The position numbers and the translations under genes are program-made. Shown here piece by piece: positions 22,346 through 35,000 of a DNA stretch of 64,000 bases; position 1 is the stretch's first letter; the number at the start of each line of letters is the position of its first letter. The DNA comes from Dipteris shenzhenensis (lineage: Eukaryota). The notes beneath the pieces were generated by a model, which was given only the letters and a program-made list of their open reading frames with translations, was not told where the DNA came from and did not search any database. The DNA lies in NCBI GenBank assembly GCA_047967505.1, contig CM106538.1; one strand, given 5' to 3'.

Positions 22346-24319
22346 CTCTAAGTTGTGTAGGAATACCTTTTGGTCATGGATAATGAAATGTACAATCCTT
22401 CAACTTTACTTGAAATGGTGAAAAGGTAGGCAAGCATCTAGAGAAATGCTTGAAAAATGTCCATTTTATCCCTCATGCAACATCAATCAATATGTTTGAC
22501 TAGTACAAGCTGTCCATAAATTGTAGGTCGAGCATTTTGGCATTTTCATAGGTTTTCTTATAAGAAATGGGGTTCACACGTTTATAGTGCGGATGTAATT
22601 CTTTTGGACATGCCCACTAGCATGGCAGTGGAGGGTTTCAATGGCTTGCATGAATGGAATAAGAGGTAATGCTTGGACTAAGTGTGGAAATGTTAAACGA
22701 TTCAAGATGGTTGCTATTGATTTTTTCTACCACGTATAGATGAGAGACAGAGTTGCAGATATGACTGCATACATCTGCGGGGCATGGATACTTTTGGAGG
22801 AGACTTACTGGAAGACATGTAAAGATTCCTTGTTTTGGACTATATTTTTTTGTTAGTTTATTTTACCAACATATACGATGTTTCTTTTGCAAGAAGTGTG
22901 TTGATTGTTTGGAGCAGTACGTACCTAGACATTGGAAAGTTTTTGGGGCTTGTTGTTATTGTTGTTTGTTGTTAACTCTTACTTTGATTTTGTCATGCTA
23001 ATCTAGGAGATGGCTTTATACAATTTCTATTGCAAGCTGAGTGCTACAAAATTGTATGAAGAAAGAGAAAGACAAGTTGAAGAAAGGTTGTTCAATTTGA
23101 AAAGTAATGGAAGGACCCACCTACTTCCACAATCTCAATGGACAATAGACAACAATGCCAACATCGCATTGAGGGAAAGTACATATTTGTTTTGGGATTA
23201 CATGTCAAACATAGCTAGCCACTAGCTATGCTCTTTACGGTTGCATTTGATTAAAAACTCGTGAAATTCACCAAAAAAAAACTCAAAAAATGTCAAAACC
23301 CCTTTCTTATACTATGATATTAAACTTCCTCAAGGAGTATTTTGTAAGTCGATCTAGTTAGATTTACCTTTATCTCGTGAATTTTATCCCCCCTTATCAC
23401 TCCTCCATTGTGTCCATATAGTTTCACATTTTTTATTTCCCATCGATGTACATATTTTGTTTGGCATCCTCTAATATGCTCATCTCATGCATCTAAGATG
23501 ATGTTAAGCAATTGCCATTCATTTTTCTCTCTTTGACGAGGACTTTCATTTTTATTTGCTAGAAGCTTTGCATGTCACTGTCATTATGACTTGTCTTAGC
23601 TAGCCCAATTCTATAGCATGGACCTATATGACTTAAAACTAGACATTTTAATATTGTGTGTTAGCTTAACAAGATTACTTCTTAGGAGAAGTAAACCTAT
23701 GATAGAATTTATTTTTTCTTGAGAATTTTGGATTTTTAATATAGGTGTAATAAACATCCTGGAAGTATAATAAAAGAATTTTGGATTTTTAATGTAAAGA
23801 ATCTGTAAATGTCAATAACAATTAATATTAAAAAATAATAGGTCAACAAAGTTTTGTTTGGTAGTCATTCTATCAGATTTTGTTTTTTGTTATGTTCTAA
23901 ATAGTAACTAGCTGATTTTGACTATTCAAATCGTCCAATCCACTAATATTAGATACACTAGCCAAGAATGGTATTAATGCCATTGGCACAAAATTGGCAA
24001 TCATGTTGTTGAAGATTCACAAGTTGCATCAAATTATGTCTCTAACATCAAATTATGACTTACAGACAGCATGACACACATAGCCCCGAAGTAAAATGTG
24101 CATTGCAAGGCTTACATGGCCTTTCCAACTAGTGTGTAAACTTGTGACTAATGTCTAGTGTTGGCATATGCTAGTATTATGGGGAACATCATCTTGTAAT
24201 CTGATTTTCCATTCAATATCATCCATTTTGTGTGGAGCATCATATGACAATGGTCTCACAAATGGAGGGTATTATTGAATGTGTGTGGACAGACGATCCT
24301 TGTGTGGATTATAATCACT

Positions 24320-25137
24320 TGTTGGATTATGAATAATATGCACACGATCTCGAGTCTCAACAATCTCACTATTGCCAAAAGCATTCAAAGCCTTTAGAAG
24401 ACTCAAATGAGAGCCTCGACTCCTATGATTGCACAAGGAACTCTGTGCTCCGACAAGACCATGACATAATAGCAACCTACCATCAATTATCCTTTCGAAC
24501 CCATGAGCTCCCACTAGACCTAATCATCCAAGGCCACACAAGCTATTCAAGGCTTTTAGCCTTTGCAAGGCCCAACACAAGGGTCCTTGAGCTTACATGT
24601 TTGTATCTCAATGCACACGACACAATCATGCAAACACAAGCAGCAACATTTTCAAACACTACCCACACACCCAAGCATAAACATACAATAGTACACATCA
24701 CAAGCAAACAGTGCAAGCAAGTAAACACAGCTTTGCAACCCCACAATGCATGTCAAGCATAGCCACATAGCTCACACGCTGAATATACTATAAGCAACGC
24801 ACAACATAACACACAACTCATGCACACACAACCACAAAAACGCATGCATAACATAAGAAAGGGCAAGAATGAAGCACAACACATCGTGCACATAGGCTAC
24901 ACACAAGCAGCCATGCAACACACAGCACAGACAAAAAAGTCCTAGAACTCGCAATGATGCAACGATAGACGCACAAAGTAGATGACAGACAACGCAATAA
25001 TGACAACAAAGAAGATGACAGGAAGAAGAAGTTGACAACATGGAAACCTCTCACACACATTATCTACGTGTGGCACATAATCAGAACTTTGGTTAACTGA
25101 ACTCTAGTAGGTTAGTTGAGCCCAACTAACCCCAACA
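24320..25137. mobile_element. Possible solo LTR with CA-rich interior
   Basis: Termini TGTTGG...CCAACA; no matching TSD seen. Confidence 0.35.
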
Positions 25138-26032
25138 ATCCAACCAATTATTGTAGCATGGATGTTGACGTTCGTGGTGGCGGATTTGCACCTTTACAAA
25201 AGACAGTACATGAAATATGCTTTTGGAGGATTATTGGATCATCTATTGAGGATTACAAATCACTGCAATCAGCCTGAGAGCTGGACCGGTTCTTTAAGGC
25301 TCTCGCAAATGCTAAAATAGAAAAATCAAAGCAAATGCAAGTTAAACCATTCTAGTATCAAGAGTTTAAAAAATTTATGTCAACAAATAAGCAATAGATT
25401 CCACTTGGAGGTCATGCATACCAGCTTTGAAGAAAATTTCAGGGGAAACACACCTTTTCATCTCCAAAATGGCCCACTGGACCTTGAATCCCCTAAAGAA
25501 ACTAACTATTGCACGAACCACCATTTTTATCGGCTCCATGTTTGAGTTTTGGGGAGGGGGGGAAAGGTCCAGAAAATGTATTCGAATGTAAACAAATCAC
25601 CAGTCATGATACTCAGAAAGCAATAAAAACTGGCTACTTGTCCTCCAACCCAAAGCCCTTAGAAAGAGGCCAGGCCAACCCTAAACACCTGCAGACCCTA
25701 AAAGGCATCATCTGAAAGGAATTCCGATATGAGGTGCAGGAGAATAATGTACAAGGCCAGACTGTTGTCAGCAGTTCACGTGGAATGCACTGCAGAGATG
25801 TAGTGAACCTGTGTTTCATCCATCTCTTTTGAACTTCAAAAAATGACTTGTTTACTCCACTAGAACCAGAAATAGCCTGGATATAATGCCCATTCCTGAA
25901 GAGAATCCCAACTCTTCTTCTCAAGCTATAGCACAAGCATTAGAGAATAATAGCAGACATTGCAATAGTGGACCGTTTTCCATTGTCAGATTCCATATAG
26001 AATATGCACATATTTAATGCCCATCAATCTAA

Positions 26033-29000
26033 TCATTGACCTAGTGCCAATCTCTGGACAATGCCCTGGGTTAATGAAGAGGGGTTTGATAACGTTGGCT
26101 GAAGTGAACTTGGATTCACATGGCTCTCACTTTTCTCCTCCTTTGGCACCAAGGCCATTTCTTGTCCAAAAGATGGAGCTCTCTGCAGCAAGTGTCCGCT
26201 GATTCCTGGATTCATCATGCTCATTGAAGTTGGGATCAAGGTCTCTGAACCTCCTCCGGAAAAGTCCAAGCTGATGGTCCTGCCATAGCCCTTAAACTTA
26301 TCCTGCAGCAACTTCCCCATCAAACATTGATCATGTAGTGAGGTAGTCCTTGTAGCTGTATTGGTACTGGAAACATTGGCGATGGTATGAGCATTGGGAA
26401 GAGGAGCCGCAGTGACAGCTGATCCAGCACTATCGTGACTGCTGTTTCTTGCAGCTGGTACATCGTGATTATGTTTTCCCTCATATGTCGTTATAACAGC
26501 TTTGGGATCTGTTGACGAACGTTCCACATGTTTTCGAACAGAGCAGCCCAGGTTTGTACATTTATAGTAGCTCCTGCATCATGCAGGCAAGGTAGGAATC
26601 AAGTTGATACCTCCAAAGCATCCATACAGGCGCATCATTCCTTCAAGCATACCTTATAGTGACATTAACACATTCAGAACCTATGTCTGGCCTCAATCCA
26701 CATTAATCTTTCTCCTTCTAGAGAGAACATCAACCCATTTACAATAAATTGTAGTCCATCAACTCTTGTGAGATCAATAAAAAATATACTCTTCACTATT
26801 ATCTCCTCCAACGTAAAGCACATACAAAAATGGGGTATGGGGAAGCACCCACCCGTGTGCCCACATGCACACCCCCCATGAAGATTAAAACAGCAACCCC
26901 ATACCAGCAAGCACACAAATTCATACATGCTCACATGCAGACATTCAAATGGACATGTGGGCATCAATTAACGTACAGATTCCTTTTAAGAAACACAAAT
27001 TTCCCATGTTTCTTTTCCCAATCTACATCCCCAGTGCAGCACTCCTAATTGCAAGATGAAAATCTGTTGAAAATACAGAATTATATGTCACTTTGCTATA
27101 GTGATGTTTGAGAATGATGCTCTAACAAGAAAGATGCACTTAAGCAAATAAAACCACGATATAAAGCAACAAGATAACCTGACATTCGTCAGTATATAAG
27201 TATTGCCCAAGCTCCATCAAACATGCGACTGGTTATCATGTTCTCCCTGGACCTTGTACTACTACCATTCTTTTCAAAATAAATTGACTTGCAATAGCTC
27301 CTTTGTAGCATATGGCCTAACTCATAAAGCTATTCTCTGCTTAGGCCTACATCCGTTGTAGCCAAATGCCTGATTTTGAAATTCAAGGCTTCACTATAAA
27401 CATTTGACCTTCTGAATCAACACTTAGAATAACCATTGTATCCCAAACTTTCCTGTTTGTGGCCTTCGCAAGTATGCGACATATGTCCACACACTCTTTG
27501 GCAAGGTTAACTTTTTAGCCCACCGTCAACTGAAGGCAAGTGCAGGCCCTTCACACGTTCCCTCTTCCCAAGGGAAGCAATCAGACAGAGGACCCTCAGG
27601 ACATCCCATAGACACCTAAGGGAAAGATCTGGCCTTGTGTAGGGACCAGTTTGGCCACCCTTTTGGGGCATATAGCCCGACCTGCAGGTTGGCTATCTAG
27701 CAGAGGTGGGCTGACCTCTTGGTCGGCCTCCTAGGCTGGAGCACAGCCCCTTTTAGGGCAGGTGGAGGCCAGCCCCTAGTGGGCCTGATATAGGGGCCAG
27801 GAGGAGCAGTCGGCCATGCAGCAGATGGGGGTTGCCCCCCCCTAGAGCTGGGTCGGCGGTTTTCTAGGGCAGGGGGTCAGCTATACGCCCCCCTGTTGGT
27901 CGGTTGGTTGAGGCTGGGGTTGACCCTATATATAGGGCCCCCTCCCCTCATTTGTTTTCATCTTCTCAGGTGGTTTTTGCCCAGTGATATAGAGGGATTT
28001 TACCAGGAGATCACATGTGCAGTCTCTCTCCCTTTCTCTCCCTCTTTCTCCCTGTGTGCATTTCTTTGTTGAGTGCTCTCTCACCCACAGTGTGTGTCCA
28101 TTCCGCTGTGCACTCACATGGTATCAGAGCACAGATTGGCTCAGGATCCTAGAGGGGTGGAGAGGTCGTAGAGCCAGCAAGCTGTGCGGAGCTATAGGCC
28201 AGGAGTATGAGGCGTTTCCAGGGCAGAACGTGCGTGGAGGATTTGAGAGGGAGACATGGGCTGTTTTAGGTTAAGAGGGGGCGTTACAGAGGCTGCTGTT
28301 TTCGTCCAGAAACCTCTTCTTTTTCCACCCTGTCTCCTCCCTCCTTGTATAGATCTATGCAGACCAGCAAAGTGTGGTGTTCAAGGCGAGATTGATTGAG
28401 CAGTGGACTGGGAGTGTCAGAGATTGAGGTGCCTAGTAATTCAGCCTGAGGAGATCTAGAGGTGGGACAAGAGGGTGGAGTTGCTGCAGATTTCCTTCTC
28501 CAACAACCTTGACAGCCCCTTCACATCTGTTCTTGCCTGTATCTCTTTCTCTTAGTATTCTTTCCAACCACTCTCCGTATTCTCTCCTGTTTTTTCCACA
28601 TGGCTGATATGGCAGAGAACAAGACGAGAATTCCAGTGTTGCCCACCTTCCCGGTAGACCGGCAGTTGGATGGGCTCAATTAAAGCATCTAGCGGGTGAT
28701 GATGGAGTCTGTGTTACAGTCATACAACCTGGTAGATTTCATCTTGATAGGTGTTGCTCGACCAGATCCCCTGGCAAAGGACCTTGGCATCTTGGAGGAG
28801 CAGGAGGCCGAGACCCTGTCTCAGCTCTGGGACCGTGTCAATGCCAGTGTAAGATCCTTTATATTTCTTAACTGTACTCCTCAGGTGATTAATCATGTGA
28901 AGCACATGACAGTGGCCAAAAGTATATGCGAGCATTTGGTGTCCACGTATACCCAAACCTCTCCCGTGAAGAGGGTTTCATTGGAGGTCCAAATGAGGTT

Positions 29001-32000
29001 GTTGGATCCTAAGAAGTCTTCATCGATGCAGGACCACATCAACAAGTTAAAGGAGCTTCAGCAGAAGATCCTCCAGGCAAGGAAGCAAATATCATCCGAG
29101 GACATGGCCATAACTCTACTATCCCAATTATCCTCTCAGTATGGGGCCTTCTATTCATCCTTGATCACCAGTGGTAGGGTGAATGAGTTGACCTGGGAGG
29201 AATTGGTCCCCATGGTGCTTGACCAGGAGGCGCGCTTCGTCGATCGTACCTATGACAGTCAGCCCAAGGCTCTGACAACTGATTAGAAAGGCAGAAAGTA
29301 GTTGACAGCTGAGGAACGAGAAGCTCTTGAGGCATCCCATATGTGTAACCGATGTGGCCAGAAAGGTCATGATTGGCGTCAGTGTCCCCCAAGGAACGTT
29401 GAGGGGGTCCAATAACCAATTGGCCAATAGTGTTGTTGCTGCGACCATGTATACTCCAGCCTTCTAGTACCACGAGGCAGGCACTACCAACAGGCTTTCC
29501 AGATCTAGATGGAGGATTGCTTGCATGTTTGTAGCAACGAGACCTGCCAATCAGGTGCACGCGGAAGGGAGTCATTGATCGAGGCAAGCTTTCACGCAGA
29601 ACCTCGAACCACAAGAAGTTGATCCCGCTGACTCGAGTGGCAGTATGTTACCAGTTTGTATTTTTGTTTAGACATTATGACCTGGCAGATCCAGAGGGGG
29701 TCTCCTAGTGCTCTGCTGCAGCTATTGTCTGATGCTGCTGAAGATCCGGATGGGTCAGTAGATTGCCAATTCGGGAACCCAGACACAGTTGATTGATCCT
29801 TGTGAGCTGTTATATGCCCGTTGCCATTGGAGCACTAAAGTTCATCGATCTGGCGACAGTGTACCAATTTGAACTTGAGATGGGGCTTCAGAGGGGGCTA
29901 TCTAGCTCTACGATACAGGTGCCCATCCAAGGAAGCAGACCTTGCACCGGAGGCAGTATCAGTTGGATTATTGTTCTAGGATCCTCTATTAGAGTCATGT
30001 ACTAGGTACAGCAGTTGGATTGTTGTACCAGATGACCCAGTGTATGAGTATCAAACCACAGGAGTATTCCTAGCACCAGTGGCCTGGGAGCAAGAGTTTC
30101 AAGTTTCCAGCAATTGTGTTGAGGCGGTTCGTGCCACAAGGGGGCTTCTTCCACACTACTTGTAGCGGTCTTCAATGGTGGAATCTGGACCATCACACAA
30201 TGGATTCCTCCAGTTGTTCCAACGACACACCCAACTCCCTTGCATCTCTGTTCCATCTAGGAGCTGAAAGGGGGTGTTAGAGGTCAACATCAATTAATGT
30301 CATCTAGAGAGAGGGCTTGCTTGTGGCTGTGCCCGCCTAGTGAGTGAGGCTAGGGTAGATGAGTGAAGGCCATGGTTGTGGGTGTGCCCGCCCCCTTGTG
30401 AGGCTTAGGTAGAGTAGGGGTTGGCACGACTCATGGCATAGGTTGGGGCCCTCTGGATCTATTGGCACGATACCCTCTGCTAGAGGGGTTGCTGCCCATG
30501 TGCGGGGCTGTTCAGGGCCTTCCTGAGGCTTGCTTTGCTACCACGAGGCAGCCCCTTCTGAGGCACCATGGTTGGGCTTTTTTAGGGGCCAATTCGGCCA
30601 CCCTCTTTAGGCAAATAGCCCGACCTGCAAGTTGGCTATCTAGGGGCCAAGAGGCAAATGGCGGTTGGCCCCCCCTAGGGCTGGGTCGGTTTTATAGGGC
30701 AAGGGGGCGGCTATATGTGAAGGTGAAGGAAAGAGGGAGAAGTACAAGAGGGAGAGGGTGAGAGAGAGGAGAGACACTCAAGATGCGGGTGTGAAGTGAT
30801 GAGCCACACCACAAACTCCTAAGTTTTATTAGGATTAGGTTTTCCCCCTATGACTGTCTTAAGACAGTCATAGGTGTCATATCTTTAATAAAGGGGTGGC
30901 AATGTGCCTTTACCCCAACAACCTCCCACCTAAAGGCCAATATGCCTAAAGGGGAGAAAAGAATAAAAATTACAGCAATATAAAGTTACTGTATACAAGA
31001 CCATAAAATAAGAGTGGTCTCATCCTAATCCCATGATGTGGCGGCAATGTGCAAACCGCTCTGTAGGCAAGCTCTTAGTGAGCAAATCTGCAGGATTATC
31101 ATCAGTATGCACTTTCACAAGCTCAAGTCGCTTGTCTTCCAGTACCTCCCTGATGAAATGATATTTCACATCTATGTGCTTGGTCTTTTGATGAAAGACC
31201 GGATTCTTTGCCAACATGATAGCACTCTGACTATCACAATGCAAAATTGGCATATCTCCTGTAATGCCCAAATCTCCCACCAGCCGAGTAAGCCATATTG
31301 CTTCCTTGCAAGCCTCAGTGGCTACAACATATTCAGCTTCAGTAGTTGACAGTGCAACGCATTTCTGCAACCGAGACACCCATGATATAGCACCTCCTAC
31401 AAATGTGAAAATACAACCGGTAGTAGATTTCCGGTTATCTGCATTCCCTGCATAGTCTGAATCTGTAAAACCATGCACCAATGCATCCTGCTTACCATAG
31501 CATATGCACAAGTCTTTGGTACCCTTGAGATACCTCAAGACACCTTTCACTGCTTCCCAGTGCCGCTTGCCTGGATTTGCCATATACATGCTGATGACTC
31601 CCACCGCAAAAGCAATATCCGGACGAGTGGCAACCATGGCATACATCAAAGAACCAACTGCAGATGCATACGGAACCTTGGCCATTTCAGCCTTATCATC
31701 ATCTGATCTGGGGCTGTCCTTACTGCTGAGTTTTAAATGTGGAGGCAACGGGGTACTAATAGACTTCCCCCCCTCCATTTTAAACCTCTGCAATACTTTG
31801 TCAATGTACTCCTTTTGTGACAGAAACAAAAGTCCCTTGGACCTGTCACGAGTAATCCGCATGCCAAGAATATGGTTTGCATCACCCAAGTCTTTCATGT
31901 CAAAAGACTTATGCAGTTGTTTCTTTAAAGCACTAATCTCATGCTGAGATTTACTAGCAATCAGCATGTCATCCACATATAGAATGAGTAGCATCAAACT

Positions 32001-35000
32001 GCCATCCTTTGCCCGTTTGGTGTACAAGCAATGATCAGTCTCACCTATGATACCCTTGAGACTGCATGAAGGCATCAAACTTCTTGTACCATTCTCTTGG
32101 TGCCTGCTTGAGTCCATACAAGCTCCTTTTGAGCTTACACACAAGCTGCTCTTTCCCTTTAACAGCATATCCCTCTAGCTGACTCATGTAGATCTCATCA
32201 TGGAGATCTCCGTGAAGAAAAGCAGTCTTCACACCCATCTGACATAAATCCATGTCCTCATGAGCAACAAGAGCTAACACTGCTCTCAAAGTAGTCATCT
32301 TGACGACAGGGGAAAAGATCTCATCAAAGTCAATGCCCTTCTCCTGCTTAAATCCCTTGGCAACCAATCTGGCCTTATACCTCGGTAAAGCATTTGAATC
32401 CACTTTGACTTTGTAAACCCACTTGCATGGCAAAACCTTTCTGCCTGCAGGTAGCTGCACCAAGTCCCATGTATCATTTTGAAGTAAGGAGTCCATTTCT
32501 GACTGCATGGCTTTCTCCCACTTCCTTTTCTCTGTTCTTCCCATAGCTTCCTTGAAGCTGGAAGGCTCACCACAATCTGTCAGCATGATAAAATCAGCCA
32601 CATTGTTGGCTCCTGGAACAAACCTGTCAGGAGGCCGTTGTACACGGGTGCTCCTTCTAACAAAATGTTCCGGATTAGGCTGCTGTCCAGCCTGTTCGTC
32701 ATGCATGACGGGTGGCTGTACCACCATATCTGGCTGTTCTACAGCCCCATCTGCTGGCATATCCAGTGGTGCATCATTGGCAAAATTATCTGGCTGATTT
32801 CCAGCCTGTATACCCTCTTGAACAGGGTTATCTGCAGCAGCCTGCTGCTGCATATAAAAGGGCATTCTTTGCTGTCCAACATCATCATAAATAACCCTCC
32901 TGTATTCCACAGGTTGCACGGGTTCCTTGTGTACACTATCCTCTTTAAAGATGACATCATTGCTGCGTATAATCTTCCGTTTAATGGGATCCCATAACCT
33001 GTACCCCATTTCACCTTCGTCACCATAACCCATGAAGATGCATCTGAGAGACTTTGGCTCCAGTTTGGTGCGCAGTTCTTTGCGTACATGAGCAAAGCAC
33101 TCGCAGCCAAACACACGTAAGTGCTTATATGAGGGTGGCTTGCCAAACCACACCTCCTCTGGCACTTTCAACTCCAAAGCCTTGTTTGGCGACCTGTTAA
33201 TAATGTGAACTGCTGTTTGCACGGCTTCTGCCCAAAAGCCATGGGGCAATGCAGCATAAGACAACATACATCGAACCTTCTCCTGAATAGTTCGATTCAT
33301 CCGCTCACTTACACCATTTTGAGATGCATTATGAGGGGCTGTGAGTTCCTGTTTGATGCCCTTAGCTTCGCAAAACTGCACAAAAGCATGTGACACATAC
33401 TCACCCCCATTATCGGATCTGAGGCATTTCAGCCTGCGACCTGTCCGATTCTCAACCTGAGCGACAAACTTCTTGAAAGCATCTAAGGCATCGCTTTTAT
33501 GCTTCAAGAAATAGACCCACACTTTACGTGTGGCGTCATCAATAAAAGTAATAAAATACTTTGCACCCCCTAGTGATAACTGTGGCATCTCACACAAATC
33601 AAAGTGCACTAGATCAAGCGGTGCTCTATTCTGGGGAGTTCTCCTCTTATGAGGAGTCACAGAATGCTTGCCAAATATGCAATGATCACAAGTAGGCAAA
33701 TCTGAAAAAGAAAGAGACGGCAGATAACCCAAACGTGATAGTTCTTGCATTCCTTTAACGGACATGTGTCCCAACCGGCTATGCCACAATGAAATCTTTG
33801 GCAGCTCGGTTATGGCAACAACATGATTACCTACACTGGAAACATAAAGAGGGTACAAGGTATCACTCTTATAACCCTCAGCCACTACAACCTGGCCATC
33901 AGTAATCACCCTGGCCATCAGTAATCACCCATTTGGAATCCCCAAATGTGGTGTGGTAACCACTGTCATCCAATAAGCCAGTGCTAATCAGATTTTTCTT
34001 GATTTGCGGCACATGGCGAACACCATCAAGCATAAATGACCGTCCATCAGGGAATACTATCTGTATACTGCCAATCCCTGCAATCTGACATGCATAGTTG
34101 TTCCCAAGGTGAACAACTCCATGAGTACCTGTGTAAGAAGTAAACCACTCCTTATGAGGAGTAACATGAAAAGAATCACCTGAATCCAAGAGCCAGGTGT
34201 GCATGTCATGGCCATCAATAACCAATGTGTGTACAATTACAGCAGAAGAACATAATACCTCATGTCTGTCACTGTCACTGTCCTCTGCTGCAACATTCAC
34301 TGCATCCAAGTCATCTACCTTGGCCTTGCCTTTGCCTTTGCTTCCACTGCTTGCATCCTTTGCTTCAGCCTTCTTGGCTTTCTGATCCCGTATAAACTTA
34401 AAGCACTTAGACTTCACATGTCCCTTCTTGCCACAATAAAAGCATTCAATATCCTTTTTACCACGGGACTGACTGCGGGATTTGGACTTACTAGCAGATC
34501 TCCCCTTCTGCTGAGTCCTGCCTCTTTCCTGTACCTGCAAAGCATTTGAAGACTTGCTGCCCGCATTATTTTTCCTGCTCATCTCCTCCATGAGGAGAGA
34601 GCTCTCCACATCAGCATACATAAGAATGACATTTGAATTTGACAGGGTGGTCTTGAAAGTGTCCCAACTCTCAGGGAGGGTACACAACAAGAAGGTAGCC
34701 TTGAACTCCTCATCAAGATTCAAACCCTGTGCAATCAGCTGTGTAAAGATGGCATTGAACTCACTCAAGTGTGAGGTCATAGTTGTACCTTCCTTCATGC
34801 GAAGATCAACCAGCTTCTTCAACCAATAAACCTTACTGGCTGAACTCTTTTGGGCATACAACTCTGCTAGCCTCTGCCATAGGCCATAAGAGGTCTTTTC
34901 AGCCTGAACATTGAACACAAGAGTATCAGAAATAGTAAGCATGATAGCTGCCCTTGCGGACAAATCAAGCTCTTCCCATTCATCATCTGCCATGTCAGAT

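Noticed and set aside
21840-23230. Possible further cargo gene remnants after the second H3-like copy
   Set aside because: Coding-like patches only, with no consistent frame or motif.
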